43,801 nucleotides of DNA from a virus. The translations under genes and the position numbers were made by a program. The stretch covers positions 1 through 43,801 of the IMG/VR virus record IMGVR_UViG_3300045988_028735. One strand, 5' to 3'. The notes beneath the pieces were generated by a model, which made no database searches, had not been told where the DNA came from, and saw nothing but the letters and a program-made list of their open reading frames with translations. This document shows positions 23,423 to 31,876 of the stretch, in pieces (positions within the stretch are counted from its first letter, which is position 1; the number at the start of each line of letters is the position of its first letter).

Positions 23423-24153
23423 ACGAGCTAATCAAGATCACTTACAACAATGACCGCCCTGCGGTCTCTGCGCGAGACTTGCACGACTTCTTGGAGGTCG
23501 GGGCAAGGTATAACGACTGGTTCCCGAGAATGTGCGAGTATGGCTTCGCCGAGGGCGATGATTTCAACTTACTCAAAATTGAGCGGGTTCAAAACGAGGG
23601 CGGACGTATGGTCACCCGAACGGTTGATGATGCGGTTCTCACCATCGACATGGCGAAAGAGCTTTGCATGATCCAGCGCAATGAAAAGGGCAAGCAGGCT
23701 CGCCAGTATTTTCTTCAAATCGAAAAGGACTGGAACAGCCCGGAGAAAGTCATGGCCCGCGCGCTGCAAATCGCAGGGGACAAGCTCAAGCGGCTTGAAA
23801 GCAAGGTCGAGGCCGATGCGCCAAAGGTGCTTTTTGCCAACGCGGTCAGCGCAAGCAAGACTTCGATCCTCGTCGGCGAGCTGGCGAAGCTGCTGAAACA
23901 AAACGGCGTTGACATTGGGCAGCACCGACTGTTCCGTTGGATGCGCGAAAACGGCTATCTGATTCGTCGAAACGGCACGGACTTCAATATGCCAACACAA
24001 AAATCAATGGACTTGGGGCTTTTCACCGTTAAGGAAACGGCGATCACACATTCTGACGGTACGGTGACGGTGAGCAAGACCACGAAAGTCACCGGCAAAG
24101 GCCAGCAGTATTTCATTCAGAAGTTTCTTGGAGAGGAAGGAGCACGCACATGA
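23419..24153 (+). CDS. phage antirepressor (AntA-like N-terminus, KilAC-like C-terminus)
   Basis: ARDLHDFLEVGARYNDWFPRMCEYGFAEGDDF at the N-terminus. The C-terminus carries LVGELAKLLKQNGVDIGQHRLFRWMRENGYL. Confidence 0.8.
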   Translation: MNELIKITYNNDRPAVSARDLHDFLEVGARYNDWFPRMCEYGFAEGDDFNLLKIERVQNEGGRMVTRTVDDAVLTIDMAKELCMIQRNEKGKQARQYFLQIEKDWNSPEKVMARALQIAGDKLKRLESKVEADAPKVLFANAVSASKTSILVGELAKLLKQNGVDIGQHRLFRWMRENGYLIRRNGTDFNMPTQKSMDLGLFTVKETAITHSDGTVTVSKTTKVTGKGQQYFIQKFLGEEGART

Positions 24154-24359
24154 CGGTGGAAGAAATGCTTGCATCGGACAAGCCGGTGCTAACACCGGCG
24201 GATATCGCGCCGGTACTCGGGCGGAAGCCCTATTCGATCAGCATTGCGGCGAAAGACCACCCCGAACAGCTCGGATTTCCGGTCAGCCGCATCGGAACGA
24301 TCACGGTCATCCCGCGGCTTTCGTTCCTGAAATTTCTCGGATATGAGGTGGAGGCATGA
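24150..24359 (+). CDS. small DNA-binding protein, excisionase-like (tentative)
   Basis: SD GAAGGAG. LTPADIAPVLGRKPYSI ... VSRIGTITVIPRLSFLKFLG resembles the MerR/Xis-type HTH. Confidence 0.45.
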   Translation: MTVEEMLASDKPVLTPADIAPVLGRKPYSISIAAKDHPEQLGFPVSRIGTITVIPRLSFLKFLGYEVEA

Positions 24360-24511
24360 TCGACACGTTGTTTTTCGGCGGCATCGCCGCTGCGGTGATC
24401 GCGCTCAACGGCTGCGACTTTACGACGGGTCTCGCCGTCATCGGCGCTTGCGCGGTGTGCAAGGTGCTGTATGATCTACTGCCGTATATCGACAGGGGGT
24501 GCAGACGATGA
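24356..24511 (+). CDS. hypothetical 51-aa membrane peptide
   Basis: ATGA overlaps on both sides. Two hydrophobic segments. Below the track size cut-off. Confidence 0.4.
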   Translation: MIDTLFFGGIAAAVIALNGCDFTTGLAVIGACAVCKVLYDLLPYIDRGCRR

Positions 24512-25038
24512 GATGGCACGACAAGCGCACGAGGGAGCAGCGCAAGGCCGATGAGTCGGCGCTGATTGCGGCGGCGTGCCTTGGCGCGACGGTCATCTTG
24601 ATCGTGGTCGCCATCTTAGACACCAGCGTACAGGCGGTCGAAGCAAGCCCCGAGGAATCCTCGGTAGTCTCGGAGGAGTATGACCCCGCGTGGGACATTC
24701 CCGCTACGGAAAGCGCTGTTTGCAACGACGTGTTTCTCGGCGAATTTACGCTGACGGCCTATTGCCCCGGGCGCTGCTGCTGCGGCAAGTGGGCAAGCGG
24801 CTACACCGCGACCGGCACGCTGGCGACCGAGGGCCGCACGATCGCCGTTGACCCGAAGGTGATCCCCTACGGCTCGCGCGTCCTGCTGATCTGGCCGGAC
24901 GGCACGCAGCGCGAGTACATCGCTGAGGACTGCGGCGGCGGCGTGAACGGCAACCACATCGACGTGTTTTTCAATAACCATCAGGCGGCGCGCTATTTCG
25001 GCGTGCAGAGCGCGATGGCATATTGGGAGGCGGAGTGA
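24508..25038 (+). CDS. membrane-anchored 3D-domain (RlpA/MltA-like double-psi barrel) cell-wall protein
   Basis: N-terminal TM. FTLTAYCPG...TATGTLATEGRTIAVDPKVIPYGSRVLL...YIAEDCGGGVNGNHIDVF is the 3D-domain pattern. Confidence 0.75.
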   Translation: MRWHDKRTREQRKADESALIAAACLGATVILIVVAILDTSVQAVEASPEESSVVSEEYDPAWDIPATESAVCNDVFLGEFTLTAYCPGRCCCGKWASGYTATGTLATEGRTIAVDPKVIPYGSRVLLIWPDGTQREYIAEDCGGGVNGNHIDVFFNNHQAARYFGVQSAMAYWEAE

Positions 25039-25226
25039 TGTATCGGTGTGAATCCTGCGGCGCGGTGTTTGAGGACGCCGTTGAAACGCTGGTACGGGAA
25101 AACCTCGACGGCGAGCGCGGCGTATGGCTGCACAGCGTAGAGAGCTGCCCGTACTGCGGGAGCGATTTTTTGAAGGAGCAAAAAGATGAAGATGCAGAAG
25201 ATATCGACGCGCGGCATGAGCCGTGA
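25038..25226 (+). CDS. small zinc-ribbon protein
   Basis: The motifs CESCG ... CPYCG. ATG 25038; the track start 25023 is a TTG. Confidence 0.5.
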   Translation: MYRCESCGAVFEDAVETLVRENLDGERGVWLHSVESCPYCGSDFLKEQKDEDAEDIDARHEP

Positions 25227-26178
25227 GGAGTGGCTCAACGAGCGAAAGAAGAGCCTCGGCGGAAGCGACATGGGTGCGGTGCTGGGGCTGAACAAATACC
25301 GCTCGCCATACACGGTATGGGCGGAAAAGACCGGAAGGATCGGCGAAGAGCCGGAAAACGAGGCGATGCGAATCGGGAGAGACCTCGAGGGCTACGTCGC
25401 AACTCGATTCGAGATAAAAACAGGGTTGCGTGTCCGCAAGGTGAACTACATCCTGCGTAACGATGAGGCTCCGTGCCTACATGCGAACATTGACCGTATG
25501 GTGTTACCGGCTGGTTGGCACGCGGGCCTTGAATGCAAGACCGCGAATGCGCTGAACATGAAGCGCTATGCAGTTGGCGAATTCCCCGAGAGCTATTACG
25601 CGCAGTGCGTGACATATCTCGCCGTGACGGGGTGGGAACGCTGGTTCTTGGCGGCGCTGGTGCTGGGCAAGGGCTTTTACTGCTACCAGATCACGACCGT
25701 CCCCGATGACTATGTTCCCGGATGGTGCGAGAGCAGCGTGTATGTCAGCCCGGATGAGATCGAGGCGCTGAAACGCTGCGCCGCGGACTTTTGGCACGAC
25801 TACGTGGAGGCTGACAGCCCGCCGCCGATGGACGGTGATGCGAGCACGACCGAGGCGCTTGAGACCATCTACGAGGGAGGCGGCGGTGAAGTCGAGTTGT
25901 TCGGTCGCGAGAGGCTTGTCGAGCAGTACCAGTACTTGATGAGCCGCAAGAAAGCCATCGAGAAGGGCGCGGACGCCATCAAGCAGCAGCTGATGAACGA
26001 CCTCGGCGACAACGAGCGCGGCTACTGCGGGCGATTCACGGTCGACTGGAAGGGGCAGAGCCGCCAGACGTTCGACGCAAAAGCGTTTGCCAAGGATCAC
26101 CCCGAGGTGGACTTGAGCGGCTACTACAAAACGACAAATTTCCGCAAATTTGCGGTGAAGGAGGAAAAGGAAAGATGA
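25186..26178 (+). CDS. YqaJ-like recombination exonuclease
   Basis: SD AAGGAG is followed by 7 nt and ATG. EEWLNERKKSLGGSDMGAVLGLNKYRSPYTVW and ...GLECKT form the PD-(D/E)XK pattern of the YqaJ family. Confidence 0.85.
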   Translation: MKMQKISTRGMSREEWLNERKKSLGGSDMGAVLGLNKYRSPYTVWAEKTGRIGEEPENEAMRIGRDLEGYVATRFEIKTGLRVRKVNYILRNDEAPCLHANIDRMVLPAGWHAGLECKTANALNMKRYAVGEFPESYYAQCVTYLAVTGWERWFLAALVLGKGFYCYQITTVPDDYVPGWCESSVYVSPDEIEALKRCAADFWHDYVEADSPPPMDGDASTTEALETIYEGGGGEVELFGRERLVEQYQYLMSRKKAIEKGADAIKQQLMNDLGDNERGYCGRFTVDWKGQSRQTFDAKAFAKDHPEVDLSGYYKTTNFRKFAVKEEKER

Positions 26179-26993
26179 AAGAAGGATTGATCCAGAACGC
26201 GCAGGGCGCGCAGGCTGTCAAGTCTGGCAAGCCGACGATGCAGCAGTACATCAAGCAGATGGAGGGCGAGATTGCAAAGGCGCTCCCGAGCGTTATCACG
26301 CCGGAACGCTTCACTCGTATCACGCTGTCGGCACTTAGCGCAAACAAGCAACTTGCACAGACCACGCCGCAGAGCTTCCTCGGCGCGATGATGACGGCGG
26401 CACAGCTTGGCATGGAGCCGAACACACCGCTTGGGCAGGCGTACCTGATTCCGTACCGCAACCACGGCCAGCTGGAATGTCAATTCCAACTGGGGTACAA
26501 GGGGCTCATTGACCTTGCGTACCGCAGCGGTGAGGTCAGCATCATTCAGGCGCAAGTCGTTTACGAGAACGACGAGTTCGAATATTCCTTCGGCCTTGAG
26601 CCGAAGCTCAACCACAAGCCCGCCAGCGGCGAGCGCGGCGAGCCGAAATTCATCTACGCGATGTTCCGCACGAAAGACGGCGGCTTCGGCTACGACGTGA
26701 TGAGCGTTGAGGACGTTCGCAATCACGCGAAGCGCTTTTCCAAGGCATACAGCAACGGCCCGTGGCAGACGAATTTCGAGGAAATGGCGAAGAAAACCGT
26801 GCTCAAGCGCGTCCTCAAGTACGCGCCGCTCAAGAGCGACTTTGTCCGCGCGGTGGCACAGGACGAGACCATCAAAACGAAGATCAGCGAGGACATGTAT
26901 TCCGTGAGCGATGACACGGTCATCGAGACGGATAACTACACCGTGGATGAGACGACCGGCGAGGTCATCGAAAGCGACGGTGACGCACAGTGA
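26175..26993 (+). CDS. recT: RecT-family single-strand annealing protein
   Basis: SFLGAMMTAAQLGMEPNTPLGQAYLIPY ... FQLGYKGLIDLAYRSG. The gene is coupled to the exonuclease. Confidence 0.85.
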   Translation: MKEGLIQNAQGAQAVKSGKPTMQQYIKQMEGEIAKALPSVITPERFTRITLSALSANKQLAQTTPQSFLGAMMTAAQLGMEPNTPLGQAYLIPYRNHGQLECQFQLGYKGLIDLAYRSGEVSIIQAQVVYENDEFEYSFGLEPKLNHKPASGERGEPKFIYAMFRTKDGGFGYDVMSVEDVRNHAKRFSKAYSNGPWQTNFEEMAKKTVLKRVLKYAPLKSDFVRAVAQDETIKTKISEDMYSVSDDTVIETDNYTVDETTGEVIESDGDAQ

Positions 26994-26995
26994 GC

Positions 26996-27400
26996 ATGAA
27001 TCGCGTGTGCCTGATGGGACGCATCGGGCGTGACTTGGAGCTGAAAAAGACGAACAGCGGCGTATCCGTTGCGTCGTTCCCTCTTGCCGTTGATCGCAAC
27101 GGCAAAGAGGGCGGCACAGACTGGATCGATGTTGTCGCATGGCGCGGCACGGCAGAAGTGCTCTGCAACTACGCCGATAAGGGTCGCATGATCGGCGTCG
27201 AGGGGCGCTTACAGATGCGCGACTGGACGGACAAGAACGGAAACAAGCGCAGGAGCTACGAGGTGCAGGCTGACAGCGTGTATTTCTCGGACAGCAGGCG
27301 CTCGGAGGGTAACGATACTGCCACGCCGCAATACGCCGCAGAGAGCGCCGCAGGCGGCTTTACAGAGGTCAGCGAGGACGACGGCGAGCTGCCGTTTTAA
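26996..27400 (+). CDS. ssb: single-stranded DNA-binding protein
   Basis: MNRVCLMGRIGRDLELKKT ... acidic tail DDGELPF. Confidence 0.9.
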   Translation: MNRVCLMGRIGRDLELKKTNSGVSVASFPLAVDRNGKEGGTDWIDVVAWRGTAEVLCNYADKGRMIGVEGRLQMRDWTDKNGNKRRSYEVQADSVYFSDSRRSEGNDTATPQYAAESAAGGFTEVSEDDGELPF

Positions 27401-27412
27401 GGCGGTGAGCAG

Positions 27413-28183
27413 ATGCCGAATAGACTGATTAAAGAAACGATTCGCACCAGCAAAAAAATCAACAGTCTTTCGGATTTTGAATTTCGCACATGGGCGTATC
27501 TGGTTACATACGTCGATGATTACGGGCGGGGCAGCGCGGACCCGGAGATTTTGAAAGGGTTTGTGTTCCCGCGCCGAAAGGAAGTACGGGAGCAGGATAT
27601 CCAAAAGGCGCTGGCAGCTCTGGAACGCACTGGTAGCATTCTCCTCTATGAGGTTGCAGGGGAACCCTATTTTTGCTTTCCGAATTGGAGCGAGCACCAA
27701 AGGATACAAACGAAGAAATCGAAATACCCTGCCCCGTCGGATTCTGATATTTCACGGTGGGTCACGGTTGGTCACGGTGAATCACCGCCTGAATCCAATC
27801 CGAATCCGAATCCGAATCCGAATCCGAATCCAGAATCCAATCCGAAAGATTATTGCGCTGAGCCGCAAGCGGCTGGCGCGCCGCCGGTGATTTCTTTGCC
27901 GCTGAATGACGGGACTTTCTTTGACGTGTCGGAGAATGACAGGGCCAAATGGTCGCAGCTCTATCCGAACGTTGACGTTCTGCAACAGCTCAGGAACATG
28001 GCGGGATGGTGCGACGCAAACCCTACCAAGCGCAAAACTCGCGGGGGAATTAAGCGTTTCATCACCGCTTGGCTTGCCAGAGAGCAGAACAAGGGAGGCA
28101 AAGCCCTGCAGAATAAGCCGTTTGTCTACGGTGATGTATTCGCCGAGATGCTTGAGGAGGAAAAGAGCCGTGGAAAGAGCTGA
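27413..28183 (+). CDS. replisome organizer / replication initiator-like protein
   Basis: The N-terminal motif LSDFEFRTWAYLVTYVDDYGRG is typical of phage replisome organizers. A central (NP)n linker is encoded by a hexamer repeat. Confidence 0.65.
   Translation: MPNRLIKETIRTSKKINSLSDFEFRTWAYLVTYVDDYGRGSADPEILKGFVFPRRKEVREQDIQKALAALERTGSILLYEVAGEPYFCFPNWSEHQRIQTKKSKYPAPSDSDISRWVTVGHGESPPESNPNPNPNPNPNPESNPKDYCAEPQAAGAPPVISLPLNDGTFFDVSENDRAKWSQLYPNVDVLQQLRNMAGWCDANPTKRKTRGGIKRFITAWLAREQNKGGKALQNKPFVYGDVFAEMLEEEKSRGKS
27752..27787 (+). repeat. iteron-like repeats TCACGGTGG / GTCACGGTTG / GTCACGGTGA plus palindrome CGGTGA-A-TCACCG
   Basis: Three direct repeats at 10-bp phasing lie inside the organizer gene. 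Confidence 0.6.
27791..27846 (+). repeat. hexanucleotide microsatellite (AATCCG)n
   Basis: Five perfect units at 27797-27826 with imperfect flanking units. It encodes NPNPNPNPNP. Confidence 0.9.
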
Positions 28184-28553
28184 CGTGATTAGCCTTTTGG
28201 GTCGATTGAAGCAGGCCTATCCGCAGGCTTACGCCAAGATGACCCGCGCAGAAGCCGAAGAGCTGGTTTCCCTCTGGTTGGACATGCTGGGAAATGAAGA
28301 CCCTGCCGAGGCGATGAACGCAGTGAATTCGCTGATTGCCGAGGATACGAGGGGGTTTCCGCCGAAGATCGGCCAAGTGCTGGCAAAGATCAGGGGCACA
28401 GTTTTCCCGCACGTCTCGGTGGCGTGGATGAAGCCATACATCGAGCGGCTTGCCGAACAGGAAGCATTTCTGCCGAGTGTTTCGCGCTATGCAAGGGAAC
28501 ACGGGCTGACGTGGGAAGCGGCGGCTGACAAAATGGCAGGCGGTGCGCCGTGA
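28170..28553 (+). CDS. G39P-like helicase-loader/inhibitor family protein (tentative)
   Basis: SD GAGGAGG precedes GTG 28170. LLGRLKQAYPQAYAKMTRAEAEELVSLWLDMLGNED resembles the G39P N-terminal domain. Confidence 0.5.
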   Translation: MERADVISLLGRLKQAYPQAYAKMTRAEAEELVSLWLDMLGNEDPAEAMNAVNSLIAEDTRGFPPKIGQVLAKIRGTVFPHVSVAWMKPYIERLAEQEAFLPSVSRYAREHGLTWEAAADKMAGGAP

Positions 28554-28756
28554 GCGGGTATCGCGGGGGCATTTTCAAGTGCCCGTTTTACTCGCGGGAC
28601 TACCGCGACTATCTCAACTGCGAGGGCGCACAAGTCAAACTGCCGAAAGAAGAGCTGGACGAATATACGCGGCGCTATTGCGCCAACGAAGAATGGCGGC
28701 GCTGCCCGATTGCGCGGGCGCTGACGCTGCACTACGAAAGGACGGAGAACCGATGA
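28550..28756 (+). CDS. hypothetical Cys-rich small protein
   Basis: A GTGA overlap provides the start. 68 aa with 4 Cys. Confidence 0.45.
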   Translation: MSGYRGGIFKCPFYSRDYRDYLNCEGAQVKLPKEELDEYTRRYCANEEWRRCPIARALTLHYERTENR

Positions 28757-29127
28757 GCGAAAGAAACAGAGACAAGGTAAAACGGCTTGAGCACGAGCTC
28801 GGCAGATATCAGAAAAAAGTCAGCGAGCTGATGAAAGCGAATGCGAAGCTTCACGAGGATATAAAAGGGCTGGACCAGCTGCGCATGGCGTTCGATGCTT
28901 GGACCATCCAGATCGCGCTTGCCTACGGTGAGGCAGTGAAGGACCCCGACACGGGAGAAGATATCCCACGCATGAAGGCGCTCCACCTCGAAAGGCCGAA
29001 GGTGAACCCGCTGCTTGGGGAATACGAGATTCACTGGCGCGTGGACGAGAAGAACGTGATGCATATTGCGGTTGGCCTGCGGGACGACCCGTGCGACCAC
29101 AATGGCGCAAAGGAGGAAGAGGAATGA
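28753..29127 (+). CDS. hypothetical coiled-coil protein
   Basis: ATGA overlap. ATG 28753 lies inside track ORF 28543..29127. Confidence 0.5.
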   Translation: MSERNRDKVKRLEHELGRYQKKVSELMKANAKLHEDIKGLDQLRMAFDAWTIQIALAYGEAVKDPDTGEDIPRMKALHLERPKVNPLLGEYEIHWRVDEKNVMHIAVGLRDDPCDHNGAKEEEE

Positions 29128-29714
29128 GACTGGCTATCATGGACACCAACGTGTTCAACACGATCATCGCCGCCGTAAAGGGCGCGGTATCAGCGAGCGC
29201 GAGACGGCCGATGTACAAGAATATCCGGCTGGAATTTCGCAAGAAGAACAAGGCGGTTACGGCTATCGCCACAGACGGCTTCCGGCTTTTCGTGGAGCAC
29301 GCGACCTGCTGCGAGGTTGAAGAGGATTTCGATTGCTACATCAAGCCGAGTATCCGCCTGCCGCGCGGTAATTCCATGCGCTTGGAGCTGAAAGAACGGG
29401 ACAAGACAGAAAGCGTGGTTGAGATCGAATGTCTCGGCTGCATCTTCGGTTTTGTTCAGCCGGTTGGAGAGTTTCTGGATTGGGAAAAAGTCCTGCCCAA
29501 TGAGCCGACATTCCGTATCGGCGTGAATGCCGAGTATCTTCTCTCGGCGTTGCAGGCGGCAAAGGCCAGCGTCGGCGGTGCCTTCAAGCAGCCTGCTATT
29601 CTGGAAGTTCGTGGGCCAATTGAGCCCATTACGATCAAGACCAACCACGAGGACATCAAAATGGTCCTGCCAGTGCGAATCAGGGAGGCAGACGATGGCG
29701 CTGACATCAGCTGA
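29124..29714 (+). CDS. short DnaN (beta sliding clamp)-like protein
   Basis: SD AAGGAGGAAGAGG precedes ATG 29124. VTAIATDGFRLFV matches the ATDGHRL clamp motif. At 196 aa it is about half the size of a clamp. Confidence 0.55.
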   Translation: MRLAIMDTNVFNTIIAAVKGAVSASARRPMYKNIRLEFRKKNKAVTAIATDGFRLFVEHATCCEVEEDFDCYIKPSIRLPRGNSMRLELKERDKTESVVEIECLGCIFGFVQPVGEFLDWEKVLPNEPTFRIGVNAEYLLSALQAAKASVGGAFKQPAILEVRGPIEPITIKTNHEDIKMVLPVRIREADDGADIS

Positions 29715-30141
29715 CCTCGCGAGGCTGGGGCCGCAGGCGCAGAAGCAAGTGCTTGACAAGCTGGCAGGCGCGCAAAAGCCAAAGAAAAGCAAGTACGGGA
29801 ACCGCAAGGTAGTGTGCGACGGCATCAAGTTTGATTCCGAGCGAGAGGCGGCGCGCTTTGCGGAGTTGAAAGTGCTGCAAGAGATGGGCAAGATCCGAAA
29901 TTTGCGGTTGCAAGCCAATTTCACACTCGTGGAAGGTTACACGACCATTGAGGGGGAGAGGATCAAGCCGATGGTCTACAAGGCAGATTTTACCTACGAG
30001 CGGGCGACCGTGCCGGACCAAAATGGCACGGTGTACTGGTTGCGCGAGGTAGAGGACGCAAAGGGCATGAAAACGAAAGACTATCTGCTGAAAAAGAAAC
30101 TGATGCAGGAGAAGTACGGCATCACGATCCGCGAGGTGTGA
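29695..30141 (+). CDS. DUF1064-like (PD-(D/E)XK, putative Holliday-junction resolvase) protein
   Basis: SD AGGGAGG precedes ATG 29695. SKYGNRKVVCDGIKFDSEREAARFAELKVLQEMGKIRNLRLQ. Confidence 0.7.
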   Translation: MALTSADLARLGPQAQKQVLDKLAGAQKPKKSKYGNRKVVCDGIKFDSEREAARFAELKVLQEMGKIRNLRLQANFTLVEGYTTIEGERIKPMVYKADFTYERATVPDQNGTVYWLREVEDAKGMKTKDYLLKKKLMQEKYGITIREV

Positions 30142-30142
30142 G

Positions 30143-30340
30143 ATGAGCTTTGAACATTGCCACTTCTGCAAGCCGCCCGTGCGCTATCCCGGCTGTCAGG
30201 ACCATTGCCCGCACTACGCGGAGGATATCGCAAAGGTCCGGGCGGCGAAAGCCGAAGAGAAGCGGCAGACGCAGGCAAAAGACGATTACTTAGGCGCGCG
30301 CCAGTTCAAGACGCGGCGCGGGCAGAAACTGAGAAAATAA
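30143..30340 (+). CDS. hypothetical Cys/His-rich small protein
   Basis: SD GAGGTG. The protein begins CHFCKPPVRYPGCQDHCPHY. Confidence 0.45.
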   Translation: MSFEHCHFCKPPVRYPGCQDHCPHYAEDIAKVRAAKAEEKRQTQAKDDYLGARQFKTRRGQKLRK

Positions 30341-30354
30341 TGGGAGCGAAAAAG

Positions 30355-30786
30355 ATGAATGCAAAAGACACTGCGGAGCGGATCCGCAACCTGAGAAAAG
30401 CAAGGGGCATGAGCCAATCGCAGTTTGCCGCCATGTGTGGCATTGAGCAAGGGCAGCTGTGCAATTACGAGTGCGGGCGCATTATGCCGACTATCCCGCT
30501 GTGCGAACGTATCTGCGAAGCCGTAGGGATCCGTGTGATCGACTTTTTGAGCGAGGATAAAGCGCCGAAGGGTCCTATCCCGACCGAGCAGCGCATCGGC
30601 GAGCGCGTCAAGGCGTGGCGGCAGATGCGCGGGTTGAATCAGGAGGCCCTCGCGGAAAGGGCCGGAATATCGGACAGCACGATCTCCTGCATTGAGCGAG
30701 GCGGACGATACGGCGCGGTATCGACGTATCTTTACATCGCCGAAGCACTGAACGTCCCTATCGAAGTGCTGTTAGGGGGCGAGTGA
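30355..30786 (+). CDS. tandem double XRE-HTH regulator
   Basis: Two HTH units are present (MSQSQFAAMCGIEQGQLCNYE and LNQEALAERAGISDSTISCIE). An alternative ATG is at 30340. Confidence 0.7.
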   Translation: MNAKDTAERIRNLRKARGMSQSQFAAMCGIEQGQLCNYECGRIMPTIPLCERICEAVGIRVIDFLSEDKAPKGPIPTEQRIGERVKAWRQMRGLNQEALAERAGISDSTISCIERGGRYGAVSTYLYIAEALNVPIEVLLGGE

Positions 30787-30787
30787 T

Positions 30788-31033
30788 ATGAGCCGATTCG
30801 TTATGAGCAAGACCCCGTGGGAGCGCTGCCCGTATCCGGGCCTCAAAGCGGCGCTGGAGAAGACCGACTACAACCAGGCCACGCTTGCCGAGGCGACCGG
30901 CATTTCGGCGACCAACGTGAGCCGGTATATCAAGGGCGACGTGGATGTGACCGTGCGAGCGTTTCTCGCGTTGGAAGATCTGACCGGCAAGTCGTTCCGC
31001 GAGCTGTTCGGGGAATGCGAGGGGAGAAGATGA
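30788..31033 (+). CDS. HTH protein (controller-like, upstream of methyltransferases)
   Basis: NQATLAEATGISATNVSRYIKG. Confidence 0.6.
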   Translation: MSRFVMSKTPWERCPYPGLKAALEKTDYNQATLAEATGISATNVSRYIKGDVDVTVRAFLALEDLTGKSFRELFGECEGRR

Positions 31034-31716
31034 AAGTTTTGGTTGCCTGTGAGGAATCGCAGGAAGTGTGCAAGGCGTTCCGCGCATTGGGACATGAGGC
31101 GTATTCCTGCGACATTCAGGAGCCATCCGGCGGCCATCCTGAGTGGCACATCTTAGGCGATGCGCTCAAGGCCATCGAGGGGGGGCAAGTGACCACAATG
31201 GACGGGGGGAGGCATGACGTCGGCAAATGGGACTTGCTGATTGCACACCCACCGTGCACATACCTGACAGCAAGCAGCGCCGTCCGGCTGTTCAACTCAG
31301 ACCATGCTATCAAAGACTGGGGCAGAGAGCAAAAGGGTTGGGAAGCGAGACAATTTTTCTTGAGCATGCTGTCTTGCGGGATTGAAAGAATCGCAGTAGA
31401 AAACCCAGCCCCGCTACGATGGTTCAAGCTGCCAAAGTATAGCCAAATCATAGAGCCCTACATGTTCGGCGATCCGTGGAAAAAGCGGACATGCCTCTGG
31501 TTGCGCGGCTTGCCTTATTTGGCCGAGACCAACGTGGTTGAGCCAAAGGGACTATGGGTCGGGAGCACATCGGGACGTGACGGATGTACCGGACGGGTCA
31601 AGACTGGATATACGTTGTCGTCACATAGGGATTCGAAGACCCGCGCAAAGACCTTTCCCGGCATCGCCCAGGCTATGGCGGAGCAATGGGGAGGAGACAT
31701 TAGGGAGGAAGTATGA
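31030..31716 (+). CDS. C5-cytosine DNA methyltransferase-like protein, non-canonical motif I
   Basis: AHPPCTYLT is motif IV-like (PC), AVENPA is motif VI-like (ENV), and QIIEPYMFGDPWKKRTCLW is motif VIII-like. The N-terminus is MKVLVACEESQEV rather than FxGxG. Confidence 0.55.
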   Translation: MKVLVACEESQEVCKAFRALGHEAYSCDIQEPSGGHPEWHILGDALKAIEGGQVTTMDGGRHDVGKWDLLIAHPPCTYLTASSAVRLFNSDHAIKDWGREQKGWEARQFFLSMLSCGIERIAVENPAPLRWFKLPKYSQIIEPYMFGDPWKKRTCLWLRGLPYLAETNVVEPKGLWVGSTSGRDGCTGRVKTGYTLSSHRDSKTRAKTFPGIAQAMAEQWGGDIREEV

Positions 31717-31853
31717 ACATCGGAGACACATACAGTTTGGTGTCCGCAGCCTTTGAGGGCGCAAGCGGGCTGGGCAGTAACGAGTGCCACCGCTACTTTA
31801 CGGCGAAGGCGGAGGCAAACGGATTTAAGCTCAGAGAGAGCTTCAAATTTTAA
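31713..31853 (+). CDS. hypothetical 46-aa ORF (possible remnant)
   Basis: An ATGA overlap provides the start. It fills the gap before the truncated methyltransferase. Confidence 0.3.
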   Translation: MNIGDTYSLVSAAFEGASGLGSNECHRYFTAKAEANGFKLRESFKF

Positions 31854-31876
31854 CAAAAATCAGGAGGAATTTCATC

